Source: a bacterium
GTDB lineage: Bacteria > Cyanobacteriota > Vampirovibrionia > Gastranaerophilales > JBAXKC01
Length of the DNA: 64,000 nt
Assembly: GCA_037137535.1 (NCBI GenBank)
Contig: JBAXKC010000008.1
Location: forward strand, 26,976-90,975
Reading direction: 5' to 3'
Every line of letters starts with the position of its first letter. Within the stretch, counting starts at the first letter, position 1. The notes below the pieces were generated by a model that was not told the origin of the DNA, did no database searches, and saw nothing but the letters and a program-made list of their open reading frames with translations. The position numbers and the translations under genes are program-made. Positions 1 through 10,843 of the stretch are shown here, piece after piece.

Positions 1-751
1 TAGTGTGATTAAGACCACATACTTTTATTTTAATTGGAGTTGAGACATTACCAAGAGTGAAAAATCTTGTTTTTAATCCACTTTGCCATACAACAGTAAC
101 AACTACTTTATCATTAAGATATTTTTTCTTTATATCAATAATATCGCCTTGATTTCCCATTAATTTAAGAACTGGTTCAATAATATGAATTGCATATTTA
201 GACCAATCTTTTGAAATATATGCATTTATATATTTTATTTTACCTAATTGAGCATAATCTTGGTCAGTTAGCATTAATTCTTTTGCGTAACTTATTGCCG
301 AACAAGTAAAAATCTGACCATCATATTGTTCTAAATTATATATCTTTTTTGCCTCATTAAAATCTAACGCAAGAGGTTTATCAATATATATTGGAATACC
401 TGCTTTTAAAAAGGGTAAACTCATTTCATAATGGTTCTCTGCATCATCTCTTGCAAGTAAAATTCCATCAACCAGAGAGATTAAATCACCAATATCATCA
501 ACAATATTAGGAATATTTGCTGATTTTGCTACATTTTCAGAAATAGTTTTATCTTGAGTCCAAATATGTGTAACTCTAACATTTTTTATGCAATCATCTG
601 GAAATTTTTGTTTAGATAAATAATCAGGAATAACTGGAAAAGGGCAATCTTGTATGTGTTCTTGATTATAGCCGTTAAAAATCGCTGACCAAGAATAAGG
701 ATGACCATTACCATCACTTAATCCAATAATACCAAGTTTTAGTTCTTCCAT
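1..751 (-). CDS. Gfo/Idh/MocA-family oxidoreductase (partial, runs off the window start)
   Basis: Read manually (not in the ORF track). ATG at 751 gives MEELKLGIIGLSDGNGHPYSWSAIFNG..., with a later 'IYIDKPLALD' motif equivalent to the family EKP motif. Starts 4 bp after the stop of 756..2087. Confidence 0.8.
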   Translation of the reverse strand, partial: MEELKLGIIGLSDGNGHPYSWSAIFNGYNQEHIQDCPFPVIPDYLSKQKFPDDCIKNVRVTHIWTQDKTISENVAKSANIPNIVDDIGDLISLVDGILLARDDAENHYEMSLPFLKAGIPIYIDKPLALDFNEAKKIYNLEQYDGQIFTCSAISYAKELMLTDQDYAQLGKIKYINAYISKDWSKYAIHIIEPVLKLMGNQGDIIDIKKKYLNDKVVVTVVWQSGLKTRFFTLGNVSTPIKIKVCGLNHT

Positions 752-755
752 TTGA

Positions 756-2087
756 TTACTCTTTATAAAATAACAATATTGTACGATTTTCAGAGCTTGA
801 TGGGTACTCTTCACATCTTACAAAATACTTGGATAAAGCATTTTTAAAATTTTCAATATTATAAAAAGAAAATTCGTCAGTCAATCTTTCTTTTACAAAG
901 ATATCATTTTTATCAATAAATTCTGTAATTAAATATTTATCAGTTAATTCTGAAAAAACTTCTGCAATTTTCTCAAAATTATACTTAGATGAAAAAACCA
1001 AATGATGAATAACAGCTAATGACAATACCATTTCTGACTTAAATTTTGACTTATTATCATGTCTGAATAAATCATAATGGATGGTATTAAGTAGGAGGTC
1101 TTGAACTTTTGCGCCATTATAAACTTCATTGACAATATAGTCATCAATATCAGAAGCTGTTACATTACAGCCTTTTTTAGCGCATAAATATGAATAATAA
1201 CCCGTTGCACATCCAAAATCTAATACGGTTTCAGGTTTTAAAGTATCAATAAGATTAATGATACTTTTTTGCTTATCATGCATCTCTTGAATATTTTTTT
1301 TCTTATTTTCATCTGCATGATAATTTTGCCAAACACTTTGAGAATTATTACATTTTTTTTCAAGAATTAGTGATTTTATTAACTCTAGTGATTTAATAAA
1401 GTCTTTTTCAGCCATTTTTTTAATATTTTTAATTTTTATTTTAAAAGCATAAGCTTTAATTAAATTTACTATATCTAAAAAAGGGGATTTCTCTAATGAG
1501 CCAAGCTGATAGCCGCTTATATCCTCAATGGTTAAACAAGGTATAGAAGCCGATAAATATTTTTTAGCTTTGTCCCAATGTCCAAATTGTATTAAAACAA
1601 TAGGAAATAAAACAAAATTCAAATATTCATTAATTAGTTGAATTTTTTTAGCTTTTGAAGTGTTTTTACTTATAGATGCAAAATCTAAATATAAAGGATT
1701 TCCCTTTTTAAAGGTTAAATTCCATAAATGAGCATCTTCAAGATTATAGCCTGCTTTGTATAGCTCTATGTTTATGTCAATGTGCTTTAATGCAGCACTT
1801 ATGAACATATCAGATGACCATTCATTAGGATATGTTATATTTTCAAGATATTCATGCTCTAACACTGTTTTAAAACTTTCAACTTCAATATTTGAGATTT
1901 TAGTATTAACAATATATTGATTTAAGACTTTATTCTTTTCAATAAAATCAATTAATTGTGAATAATATTCTTTATTTTTAGACCACATACCTCTGAAAAT
2001 ACTATTGTTATATAGAAATAACCTACCTCTTTTATCAGTAGTTGCATTCATCAAAAATTTAATACTTTGTTTGCTGATAATTCCCAC
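756..2087 (-). CDS. Kinase-like N-terminal domain plus class I SAM-dependent methyltransferase (NoeA-like)
   Basis: C-terminal VLDFGCATG SAM motif and 'LAVIHHL'. N-terminal 'LEDAHLWNLTF...LYLDFASI' resembles a kinase catalytic loop and DFG motif. Confidence 0.7.
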   Translation of the reverse strand: MGIISKQSIKFLMNATTDKRGRLFLYNNSIFRGMWSKNKEYYSQLIDFIEKNKVLNQYIVNTKISNIEVESFKTVLEHEYLENITYPNEWSSDMFISAALKHIDINIELYKAGYNLEDAHLWNLTFKKGNPLYLDFASISKNTSKAKKIQLINEYLNFVLFPIVLIQFGHWDKAKKYLSASIPCLTIEDISGYQLGSLEKSPFLDIVNLIKAYAFKIKIKNIKKMAEKDFIKSLELIKSLILEKKCNNSQSVWQNYHADENKKKNIQEMHDKQKSIINLIDTLKPETVLDFGCATGYYSYLCAKKGCNVTASDIDDYIVNEVYNGAKVQDLLLNTIHYDLFRHDNKSKFKSEMVLSLAVIHHLVFSSKYNFEKIAEVFSELTDKYLITEFIDKNDIFVKERLTDEFSFYNIENFKNALSKYFVRCEEYPSSSENRTILLFYKE

Positions 2088-2204
2088 TATTGCTTTCTCT
2101 CTTTCAATAAAACTCTTATGTATATATTACTATTATTAAGTAAAAATTGCACATTGTTAATATAATTGTCATATTAAATTAACTAATATAAAATTAGAAT
2201 ACAA

Positions 2205-3116
2205 ATGAAGGAGCAGAGATTGAAACTAGGAATCGGTACAACTCAATTTGGACTTGATTACGGAATTACTAATAAACAAGGACAAACTCAAGTAGAAGAA
2301 GTTTCAAAGATATTCAAAACGGCAGAATTAAACTGTATTGAAGTAATCGATACTGCACATTTATATGGTAACAGCGAAGCAATAATCGGAAGTGTTTTGT
2401 CTAAAGACAATAAATTTAAAATTATTACTAAAACTATTACTTTTAATAAAGAAGAAATAACTTTAGAGGATGTTAATCTTTTTGAAAAAACTTTTATTAG
2501 CAGTTTAGAAAAATTACAAACTAATTCAATTTACGGATTAATGTTACATCGACAACAAGATTTATTTTCCCAAAATGGAGATTTACTTTTTAAAAAGTTA
2601 ATTGAATTAAAAAACTGTAATAAAGTTAATAAAATTGGGGTTTCAGTTTATAATTCCGAAGAAATTACTCAAATTATTAATAATTTTGATATTGATATAA
2701 TACAAATTCCTTTTAATATTTTCGATCAGCGTTTAAAAAATGATGAAACATTAAAAAAGCTTAAAAGTAAAAATATAGAAGTACATGCTCGATCAATATT
2801 TTTACAAGGTGTTATTTTAATGCAAAGCGAATTAGTAAATAAAACCTTTAATGATTCTCAATTCGATTTACATTTTAGTAAATTTCAAGCGTTCTTGCAA
2901 GATAAAAATATAAATGCTCAAGACTTAGCTATTAATTTTGTTAAAAACATTGAAGAAATTGACCATTTTGTACTTGGTCTAAATAATGAAGAACAACTAA
3001 GCTCAAATATAAATTCGTATAATCAAAATATTGATATAGACCTCGATGAACTTAAAATATTTCATTATAACGATATAAATATTATTGACCCTAGAAAATG
3101 GACATCAAAAAAATAA
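2205..3116 (+). CDS. Aldo/keto reductase
   Basis: LGIGTTQFG, IDTAHLYGNSE, IGVSVY, IQIPFNIFD and ARSIFLQG motifs. Confidence 0.9.
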   Translation: MKEQRLKLGIGTTQFGLDYGITNKQGQTQVEEVSKIFKTAELNCIEVIDTAHLYGNSEAIIGSVLSKDNKFKIITKTITFNKEEITLEDVNLFEKTFISSLEKLQTNSIYGLMLHRQQDLFSQNGDLLFKKLIELKNCNKVNKIGVSVYNSEEITQIINNFDIDIIQIPFNIFDQRLKNDETLKKLKSKNIEVHARSIFLQGVILMQSELVNKTFNDSQFDLHFSKFQAFLQDKNINAQDLAINFVKNIEEIDHFVLGLNNEEQLSSNINSYNQNIDIDLDELKIFHYNDINIIDPRKWTSKK

Positions 3117-3163
3117 AGTTAATATATAATATAAAAAGATAGTTTTAGCGAGGTATATTTATC

Positions 3164-3931
3164 ATGAATTATAAAACTGTTCTGATAACAGGAGGAACAG
3201 GGCTAATAGGATTTGAGATGATTAGTCATTTTCTAAAGTTGCCAAATTATAAAGTGGTATTTATTTCTCGTTCACAAACTAAAATCAGTACTGTTATTGA
3301 TAATATTCCTGCTGATAAAAAGATTTTTCTTCATGGAATATGCATAGATTTAGAAAAAGAAAATTCTAGTGCTGAATTAGTTGAATATTTAGAAAAAAAT
3401 GAGATTTTTCCTGATATTCTTATTAACAATGCAAGAAACGCAAATTATTTAAAGCTTGATGAAAACGGTAAAGCTAAAAGAGACGACTTCCAAAACGAAT
3501 TTTTAATGAATGTTGTTGTTCCCTATGAAATATCTATAGCTTTATCTGCAATGAAAAACTCTAAACTCTGCAATATAATAAATATTTCTTCAATTTACGG
3601 TATTGTCGCCCCAAACCCAAATTTATATGACGGTTCTTTAAAAAGGTCACCAATTCAATATGGTGTTACAAAATCAGCTTTAATTCATTTAACAAAAGAA
3701 TTAGCTGTTAGATTTGCAGATAAAAAAATAAGGGTAAATGCTTTATCACTTGGAGGCGTTGAAGGTAGAGTCAATGATGAATTTATAAAAAAATACGCTA
3801 AGCTTTGTCCGCAAGAAAAAATGCTGAAATCTGAAGACATAATTGGTGCTGTGGAATTTCTAGCATCTGATTCATCATCTGGAATGACAGGGCATAATTT
3901 AGTCGTGGACGGAGGCTGGACAGCTTGGTGA
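3164..3931 (+). CDS. Short-chain dehydrogenase/reductase
   Basis: TGGTGLIG, INNA, YxxxK (YGVTK) and a C-terminal VDGGWTAW. Confidence 0.92.
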   Translation: MNYKTVLITGGTGLIGFEMISHFLKLPNYKVVFISRSQTKISTVIDNIPADKKIFLHGICIDLEKENSSAELVEYLEKNEIFPDILINNARNANYLKLDENGKAKRDDFQNEFLMNVVVPYEISIALSAMKNSKLCNIINISSIYGIVAPNPNLYDGSLKRSPIQYGVTKSALIHLTKELAVRFADKKIRVNALSLGGVEGRVNDEFIKKYAKLCPQEKMLKSEDIIGAVEFLASDSSSGMTGHNLVVDGGWTAW

Positions 3932-4629
3932 GAGAATTTCAAAATATAGCTATAATTCCTGCTCGTGGGGGATCAAAAAGGATTCCCGATAAAAATATTG
4001 TTGATTTTTTCGGCAAACCGTTGATTGCATATACAATTGAAGCTGCAAAAAATAGCTGCTTATTCGATAAAATAATAGTTAGTACAGATTGTGAAAAAAT
4101 TAAAAAAATATCAGAAAACTATGGAGCAGAAGTTCCCTTTTTAAGAGATAAATATAGCGATGATTTAAGTTCAGTTGCACAGGCAACTTTAAGAACCTTG
4201 ACTCAATGTAACGAAATACTTGAAGAAAGCTACACAAATGTAGTTCAATTAATGCCAAATTGTCCTTTGAGAAACGAAAAAGACATAATTAAAGCCTATG
4301 AGTTTTATCAAGAAAATAATGCTGATTTATTAGTCAGTTGTTTTGAATATAATTGGATGAATCCATGGTGGGCATTAAAAGTTGAGAATAACAAAGGTCA
4401 ATTTATTTTCAAAGAAGAACTAAAGAAAAGATCCCAGGACTTAGATAAATTATATTGTCCAACAGGTTCTATTTGGATGGGAAAGAGTGAAATACTAAAA
4501 AAAACACAATCATTTTATTCCGATGAAACTCTGTTTTATCAGCTTAATTGGAAATCATCTATTGATATTGATAATTATGATGACTTAGAAATGGCTAAAG
4601 CTTTTTATTTATTGAAAAATCATAATTAG
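3928..4629 (+). CDS. Acylneuraminate (CMP-nonulosonate) cytidylyltransferase, NeuA/PseF family
   Basis: IIPARGGSKRIPDKN, VSTD and IDIDNYDD motifs. The GTG start overlaps the upstream TGA (GTGA). Confidence 0.9.
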   Translation: MREFQNIAIIPARGGSKRIPDKNIVDFFGKPLIAYTIEAAKNSCLFDKIIVSTDCEKIKKISENYGAEVPFLRDKYSDDLSSVAQATLRTLTQCNEILEESYTNVVQLMPNCPLRNEKDIIKAYEFYQENNADLLVSCFEYNWMNPWWALKVENNKGQFIFKEELKKRSQDLDKLYCPTGSIWMGKSEILKKTQSFYSDETLFYQLNWKSSIDIDNYDDLEMAKAFYLLKNHN

Positions 4630-4740
4630 AAAAATTTTTCTCCTCAATATACTCGATGAATAGCGGTTTTTTATATGAAATAATAACATAGGAATGTTTT
4701 AACTGTTTTGTCTGTTGGAAAAGAAGTAAGGGAGTTTATA

Positions 4741-6333
4741 ATGCTAAAAAAAATAATAAAAAAATTTTTTAAGCAGAAAACAAACTGGATTTCGAAGATA
4801 AAACAAACTGAATCTAAGCTTAAATACACAATTATATCTACTGACAAACCTAAAAAAGTTTTGTTTTATTCTGTAATCCCATGGGATAGCGGTTGCGTAG
4901 AACATTTTTTAGCTAAAGCTCTTCATCTTCGTGGACATGACGTTACAAGCATTTATTGCGATTATAAATTACCTGTATGCGGAATGGAAAACAATAATAT
5001 CAAAAGGTGCAGTTGCATAGAATGTAAACAAAAAGCTAAAACTTTTTTTGATGCCTTTAACATCAAAGTTGACGGTTTATCAAAATTAGCAGATGAACAT
5101 GAAATAAACAAAATAATTAAAGATATTAAGGTTTTAGCCATAAACGAAATGTTCAAATATGAATATAAATCAATACCTGTAGGCAAATTGACTGAAACAG
5201 ATTTACCACAATACTTTCTGGGTATTATTAATCCTGCTGAAAATGAAAGTAAATGCAGACAAATATTAATTTCCGGAGCTATATTAGCTTATTTTGCAGA
5301 TAAATTAATAGAAAAATATAAACCTGATACAATTGTTCTATCAAATGGAAAATCACTTGCTTATTCTTATTTGTACCATTTAGCAAAAAGTATGAATATT
5401 AAAGTAGTAACTTGGGAAGAAACAGGTTTTATTCCCGGAGGATATGTTTTTAATACAAATAATTATGCTAATGAATTTCACTTAGAAGAAATTTGGGCAG
5501 ATATTTCAAACGAAGTAGTAAAAGAAGAAGAACGCAATTTTGTTGCAAATTATTTCAAAAACTGGGAAACAGGCAAGACAATGCCGTTTAAGTATTATAC
5601 AACTCCAATAAGCGATATAAATGAAATAAAAACGGCATTGAACATAGACAGTAATAAAAAAATTATAACAATAATGACAAATTTAACATGGGATACGTCA
5701 GCATTAGGTAGAGATATTGCTTTTACAAGCATGCTGGATTGGATTTACAGCACAATTGACTATGTTTTAGAAAATAAAGAAACTTTACAGCTAATAATAA
5801 GAGTGCATCCTGCAGAGAAAAAAATACCCATGATTTATCAGGGCGGTAAAACAACTAATCAATTTATAACAGAACATTATGGTACTATACCTGAAGGGGT
5901 ATATTTAATTGAAGGTGATTCAGAAATTAGCTCTTATACTTTAATCGAAAATTCTAATATTTCTGTAGTTTATACAAGCACGCTTGGGCTTGAAATGGCA
6001 TTAAAAGGCAAAAATATTCTCGTTGCAGGCGATGTTCATTACAGAGATAAAGGATTTACCACCGATATTTTGTCAAAAGAGCAAATGCTTGATATATTTA
6101 ATAATATGAATACTTTTAATAAAACTATTTCAAAAGAACAACAAGACTTAGCTATAAAATATGCTTATGCTTTACTAAAAAGACATTTAGTAAAATTTCC
6201 TTATTTGAATGTTAAAGATAAAACTTTTGAAATAAAATCATTTAACGACTTATTACCTAACAAAAATCCAGCTATTGAAAAATTATGCCAATGTATAATC
6301 TATGACAACTTTTTTATTGATATTACACCGTAA
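4741..6333 (+). CDS. Capsule polysaccharide biosynthesis protein (Capsule_synth/GT-B-like)
   Basis: WD(T/S) motif, IIRVHPAE and STLGLEMALKGK. ATG at 4741 follows an AGGGAG SD. Confidence 0.7.
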   Translation: MLKKIIKKFFKQKTNWISKIKQTESKLKYTIISTDKPKKVLFYSVIPWDSGCVEHFLAKALHLRGHDVTSIYCDYKLPVCGMENNNIKRCSCIECKQKAKTFFDAFNIKVDGLSKLADEHEINKIIKDIKVLAINEMFKYEYKSIPVGKLTETDLPQYFLGIINPAENESKCRQILISGAILAYFADKLIEKYKPDTIVLSNGKSLAYSYLYHLAKSMNIKVVTWEETGFIPGGYVFNTNNYANEFHLEEIWADISNEVVKEEERNFVANYFKNWETGKTMPFKYYTTPISDINEIKTALNIDSNKKIITIMTNLTWDTSALGRDIAFTSMLDWIYSTIDYVLENKETLQLIIRVHPAEKKIPMIYQGGKTTNQFITEHYGTIPEGVYLIEGDSEISSYTLIENSNISVVYTSTLGLEMALKGKNILVAGDVHYRDKGFTTDILSKEQMLDIFNNMNTFNKTISKEQQDLAIKYAYALLKRHLVKFPYLNVKDKTFEIKSFNDLLPNKNPAIEKLCQCIIYDNFFIDITP

Positions 6334-6344
6334 AAGGTAAAGAA

Positions 6345-7106
6345 ATGATAAAACTATTTAGAAAAAATAATATCTTTGATAAACTCAAAAAAATGCCTCG
6401 ATATACTCAAGGTACATTCAAATTTGATGGATTTACGGTAAAATATACTGATGCATTATCCTTTTATTATGAGTATAAAGATATTTTTCAAAATAAAATT
6501 TATCATATAAATACGATGAATAAGACTCCTTACATTATTGATGCAGGTGGTTGCATCGGAATGTCAACTTTATATTTTAAACAACAATATCCAGATGCTG
6601 AAATTATCGTTTTTGAACCTGACCCACATGTTTTTAAAATATTAGACGAAAATATAACTGTTAATAGTTTGAATAACATAACCACTATAAATAAAGGTCT
6701 TGGCAAAGGTACAGGCATAATAAATTTTTATGCTGATGGTGCTGATGGTGGAAGTGTTACTTCAACCAAATCTGATAATACAACCATTGCAGTTGAAATT
6801 ACCAAACTTAGCGAGTATCTAAATAAAAGAGTTGATTTATTAAAAATGAATATTGAAGGTATGGAATTTGAAGTATTTGAAGAAATATCCGACAAACTGC
6901 ACAATGTACATGAAATTATCTTTGAATACCATGCATTCCACAACTTACCGCAAACATTAGGAAAAATACTGGAAATATTAGACACTAAAGGATTTAGATA
7001 TTTAGTAACTGATGGAACTAGTTCAAAAATAGCTACACCCTTTATAATGCCTAAAAAATATCAATGTTTTAATCTTGTTTACGCAAAAAATCTAACTAGG
7101 TCATAG
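6345..7106 (+). CDS. FkbM-family methyltransferase
   Basis: IIDAGGCIG, FEPDP and LLKMNIEGME motifs. Confidence 0.9.
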   Translation: MIKLFRKNNIFDKLKKMPRYTQGTFKFDGFTVKYTDALSFYYEYKDIFQNKIYHINTMNKTPYIIDAGGCIGMSTLYFKQQYPDAEIIVFEPDPHVFKILDENITVNSLNNITTINKGLGKGTGIINFYADGADGGSVTSTKSDNTTIAVEITKLSEYLNKRVDLLKMNIEGMEFEVFEEISDKLHNVHEIIFEYHAFHNLPQTLGKILEILDTKGFRYLVTDGTSSKIATPFIMPKKYQCFNLVYAKNLTRS

Positions 7107-7109
7107 TTT

Positions 7110-7760
7110 ATGATTAAAAGTTTTGTATTTAAGTATTTGTTTAAAAATAAACCATTAAATAGGACTTTTGGCTACGATAGAGGAACTCCTATTGATCGTT
7201 ATTATATTGAAAATTTTTTGAATACAAATAATAATTTAATAAAAGGAAATGTTATTGAAGTAGCTGAAAATACATATACAAAAAATTTTGGCAGAAATAA
7301 GGTTCTCAAATCGTTAATTTTACATGCGAATAATACCGATGTTAAAGCCGATATTATAGGTAATTTAGAAACAGGTGAAAATTTACCTGAAGCGATTGCA
7401 GATTGTTTTATAATGACTCAAACCTTACCATTTATGTTAAATCCTAAAGAGGGGATTAAAAACGCATTAAAATTATTAAAAGCTGATGGTGTATTATTAA
7501 TTACAGTACCGGGAATAGTTCAGATAAGCAGATATGATATGGATAGATGGGGACATTACTGGAGTTTTACTGATTTATCTTTACAAAAACTCTTAGAAGA
7601 ATTTGTTCATAAAGAAAAAATAGAAATAAAAACTTATGGAAATGTTAAATCGGCATGTGGCTTATTATACGGTTATTCACAGGAAGAATTTACAAAAAGT
7701 GATTTAGACCACTACGATAAAGATTATCAAGTAACAATAGCAGCTGTTGTAAGAAAGTAA
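7110..7760 (+). CDS. SAM-dependent methyltransferase (polysaccharide-cluster type)
   Basis: FGYDRGTPIDRYYIENFL N-terminus, DCFIMTQTL, and LKADGVLLITVPG. Confidence 0.8.
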   Translation: MIKSFVFKYLFKNKPLNRTFGYDRGTPIDRYYIENFLNTNNNLIKGNVIEVAENTYTKNFGRNKVLKSLILHANNTDVKADIIGNLETGENLPEAIADCFIMTQTLPFMLNPKEGIKNALKLLKADGVLLITVPGIVQISRYDMDRWGHYWSFTDLSLQKLLEEFVHKEKIEIKTYGNVKSACGLLYGYSQEEFTKSDLDHYDKDYQVTIAAVVRK

Positions 7761-7764
7761 GATT

Positions 7765-10071
7765 ATGAGTTCATTAATAAAAATAATAAATAATGAATAT
7801 CGCAAGTTATTACCTAAAGCACTTGTTTTAATCTATCATCGTGTTGGTGATTTAGAAAATGACCCACAAAATTTATCTATTTCAGCTGAAAAGTTTGAAG
7901 CACAAATGAAATATTTAAAAGAAAATTATAAAGTAATAAGTTTAAAAGAATTAACTAAGGACTTAAAGAAGAAAAAAATCAAACATAATTCTGTTGTTAT
8001 TACTTTTGATGATGGTTACGCAGATAATTTATATAATGCCAAGCCGATTCTCGAAAAATATAATATTCCTGCAACAGTTTTTATTACAGGCGAAATGATT
8101 AACAGCAATAAAGAATATTGGTGGGATGAATTAGAAAAAATATTTGTATCTGACAAAACAAGTATTTTTAAACCTTTATCCGTAGAAATTAACAATAAAA
8201 TTTATCATTGGAACATCAATAATAAACTTGATGCAATTTCGGTATATAATCAGCTTCATCCATTAATTAAATATACATCTAATGAAGAAAGAAAAAATAT
8301 TTTGAATTTTCTCCTTAATTGGGCTGATACACAAATTGAAGGTAGAGCTTCTCATAGGGCAATGACAGATAATGAAATAATAGACCTCTCTTTAGGAGGA
8401 CTTATTGAAATAGGCGCACATACAGTAAGTCATTGTGTTCTGACTCAAGAAACTGAAGAAAGACAACTATTTGAAATTATAGAATCAAAAAAAATACTAG
8501 AGAAAATATTAAATAAAAATATTGAAAGTTTTTCTTATCCATTTGGAACTTCTGAAGATGCAAATGATAAAACAGCAAATCTAGTTAAAAATTGTGGGTT
8601 TGAAAATGGCATAGCAAACGAACAGGATTTTGTAACAAATATAGATAATCCATATCTAATTCCCAGACGATTAATAAGAAATTGGGATTTAAATGAGTTT
8701 AAAACAAACCTTGATAAATACTTTTTAAAAGATAGGTTAAATATTATTGAAAATTATGTAATTTCACCCATTTTAGGCAGTTATATAAACCATAAATTAA
8801 ATAAAAAAATAAATAAAAAATATAAAATTAATAAACAAATTAAAGAACTCAACTCTGTTTTACAAATAAACACGCAAGATTGTCGTGGTGGGGCTGCTAA
8901 AGTTGCTTTTGATATTCATAATAAATTGAATAATACTGGCATTAATTCCTGTATGCTTGTAGATAAAAAAGAATCAAAATGCGAAAATATTGATCTGATT
9001 AACAGAAATAATTCTTATCTTCAATTATTATTAAATCAACATCAAAATTACAGTTCTAAATTAGACTCACTGCATTTATCAACTTTTGAAATAATGAAAC
9101 ATGATTATTTCAAAAAAGCTGATATTATTCATTTGCATAATTTACATGGTAATTATTTTAACCTTGCGGCATTACCCGAAATATCAGCCCAAAAACATAC
9201 AATATGGACGTTACATGACATGCAAGCAATAACTGGACATTGTGCTCATTCCTTTGAATGTGATAAATGGTCAATTGAATGTAAAGGTTGTATTAAATTA
9301 AATATATATCCAGCAATAAAAAAAGATCAAACAAAATATTTATGGAATAAGAAAAAAAGAATTTATCAGAATTTGGACAATATTACAATTGTTTGTCCTT
9401 CGAACTGGCTAAAAAATAAAGTCGAAAAAAGTATATTAAAAAACTCTGATATACGACTAATCTATAATGGAATAGATGAGAATTTATTTTTCAATTATCC
9501 CAAAAAAGAAGCTAGGGAAAAGTTAAATTTACCTTTAAATAAAAAAATATTACTATTTAGTGCTGATTATGGACTTATAAACCCATGGAAAGGCGGAAAA
9601 TATATTTATAAAGCATATAATCAACTAAAAGAGGACCCCAATATTTTATTTATTAATATAGGTTCTTCTGCAACATTGCAAGTAAATGAAAATTGGATAA
9701 ATGTGCCTTATATTGATAATCAAAAAGAACTGGCATTATATTATTCTGCTGCTGATTTACTTTTGTATCCGACTTTAGCAGATAATTGCCCCTTAACGGT
9801 ATTAGAATCTTTATCATGCGGAACTCCCGTTGTTAGTTTTAAAACAGGCGGTGTTCCTGAGCTTATAGAACATTTTAAAAACGGTTATATCTGCAAATAT
9901 AAAGATAATAATGATTTTATAAAGGCGATTAAAACATTAATTTATGATGATAATCTTCTACATCAATTATCTATAAATGCCAGAAAAACTGTTATAGATA
10001 AATTCACGTTAGATGAAATGATAAATAATTATAAAAATTTGTATAATGAAGTTATAATTGCCAATCAATAA
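7765..10071 (+). CDS. Polysaccharide deacetylase fused to a GT4 (WcaC-like) glycosyltransferase
   Basis: NodB motifs TFDDGY, HTVSH and FSYPFG. C-terminal GGAA, HLHNLHG, WTLHDM and DNCPLTVLESLSCGTPV. Confidence 0.85.
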   Translation: MSSLIKIINNEYRKLLPKALVLIYHRVGDLENDPQNLSISAEKFEAQMKYLKENYKVISLKELTKDLKKKKIKHNSVVITFDDGYADNLYNAKPILEKYNIPATVFITGEMINSNKEYWWDELEKIFVSDKTSIFKPLSVEINNKIYHWNINNKLDAISVYNQLHPLIKYTSNEERKNILNFLLNWADTQIEGRASHRAMTDNEIIDLSLGGLIEIGAHTVSHCVLTQETEERQLFEIIESKKILEKILNKNIESFSYPFGTSEDANDKTANLVKNCGFENGIANEQDFVTNIDNPYLIPRRLIRNWDLNEFKTNLDKYFLKDRLNIIENYVISPILGSYINHKLNKKINKKYKINKQIKELNSVLQINTQDCRGGAAKVAFDIHNKLNNTGINSCMLVDKKESKCENIDLINRNNSYLQLLLNQHQNYSSKLDSLHLSTFEIMKHDYFKKADIIHLHNLHGNYFNLAALPEISAQKHTIWTLHDMQAITGHCAHSFECDKWSIECKGCIKLNIYPAIKKDQTKYLWNKKKRIYQNLDNITIVCPSNWLKNKVEKSILKNSDIRLIYNGIDENLFFNYPKKEAREKLNLPLNKKILLFSADYGLINPWKGGKYIYKAYNQLKEDPNILFINIGSSATLQVNENWINVPYIDNQKELALYYSAADLLLYPTLADNCPLTVLESLSCGTPVVSFKTGGVPELIEHFKNGYICKYKDNNDFIKAIKTLIYDDNLLHQLSINARKTVIDKFTLDEMINNYKNLYNEVIIANQ

Positions 10072-10100
10072 TTGTAAATAGAAAGCATGTTAGGTTTGAA

Positions 10101-10841
10101 ATGTTAAAAAAACTCTTAAATAGAACAAAAAATAAAAATACTAAGAAAGATTTTAACCAAGAAGTTTATGATAGTTATTTAAATAATGACTCACTTAAAT
10201 CTTCATTAAGCAGATTAAAACGCTTAGGAGTTGAGGTTAGCACAGTGATTGATGTTGGTGCCTCAAACGGTTGTTGGAGCGCTGTTGCTCAAACTTATTA
10301 TTCAAAAGCTAAGTATTTGCTGTTAGAAGCTCAATCAGAACATGAAAAACAATTACAAGAGTTTAGTCAAAAAAATGACAATGTTAACTATGTGATAGCA
10401 GCTGCCAGCAATAGTGATGGAACTATAGAGTTTGATTGTACCGATTTATGGGGTGGGCTTGCTATTACTAACGAAAAAGATTCTAATAGTTTATGCAAAC
10501 AGGTAAAAAGTACACGAATTGATACATGTGTAAAAAATCTAAATTTGAATGGACCTTATTTGATTAAATTAGATACTCACGGACATGAGTTAAAAATTCT
10601 TGAAGGAGCAGGAGAATTATTAAGAGATTGCAATTTAATAATTATTGAAACATATAACTATAAAATAAATAATGAAGCCTTAAAATTTCACGAAACCTGT
10701 TATGAAATGGAAAAACTAGGGTTTCATTGCGTTGATATTTCAGATATTACTTATAGAAAAAAAGATGATACGTTATGGCAAATGGATTTGTATTTTGTTC
10801 CAAATCGTCTTGGCTTTTCTAAATATAACGAGTTTGAATAA
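10101..10841 (+). CDS. FkbM-family methyltransferase
   Basis: VIDVGASNG, LIKLDTHGHE and LWQMDLYF motifs. Confidence 0.88.
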   Translation: MLKKLLNRTKNKNTKKDFNQEVYDSYLNNDSLKSSLSRLKRLGVEVSTVIDVGASNGCWSAVAQTYYSKAKYLLLEAQSEHEKQLQEFSQKNDNVNYVIAAASNSDGTIEFDCTDLWGGLAITNEKDSNSLCKQVKSTRIDTCVKNLNLNGPYLIKLDTHGHELKILEGAGELLRDCNLIIIETYNYKINNEALKFHETCYEMEKLGFHCVDISDITYRKKDDTLWQMDLYFVPNRLGFSKYNEFE

Positions 10842-10843
10842 CT

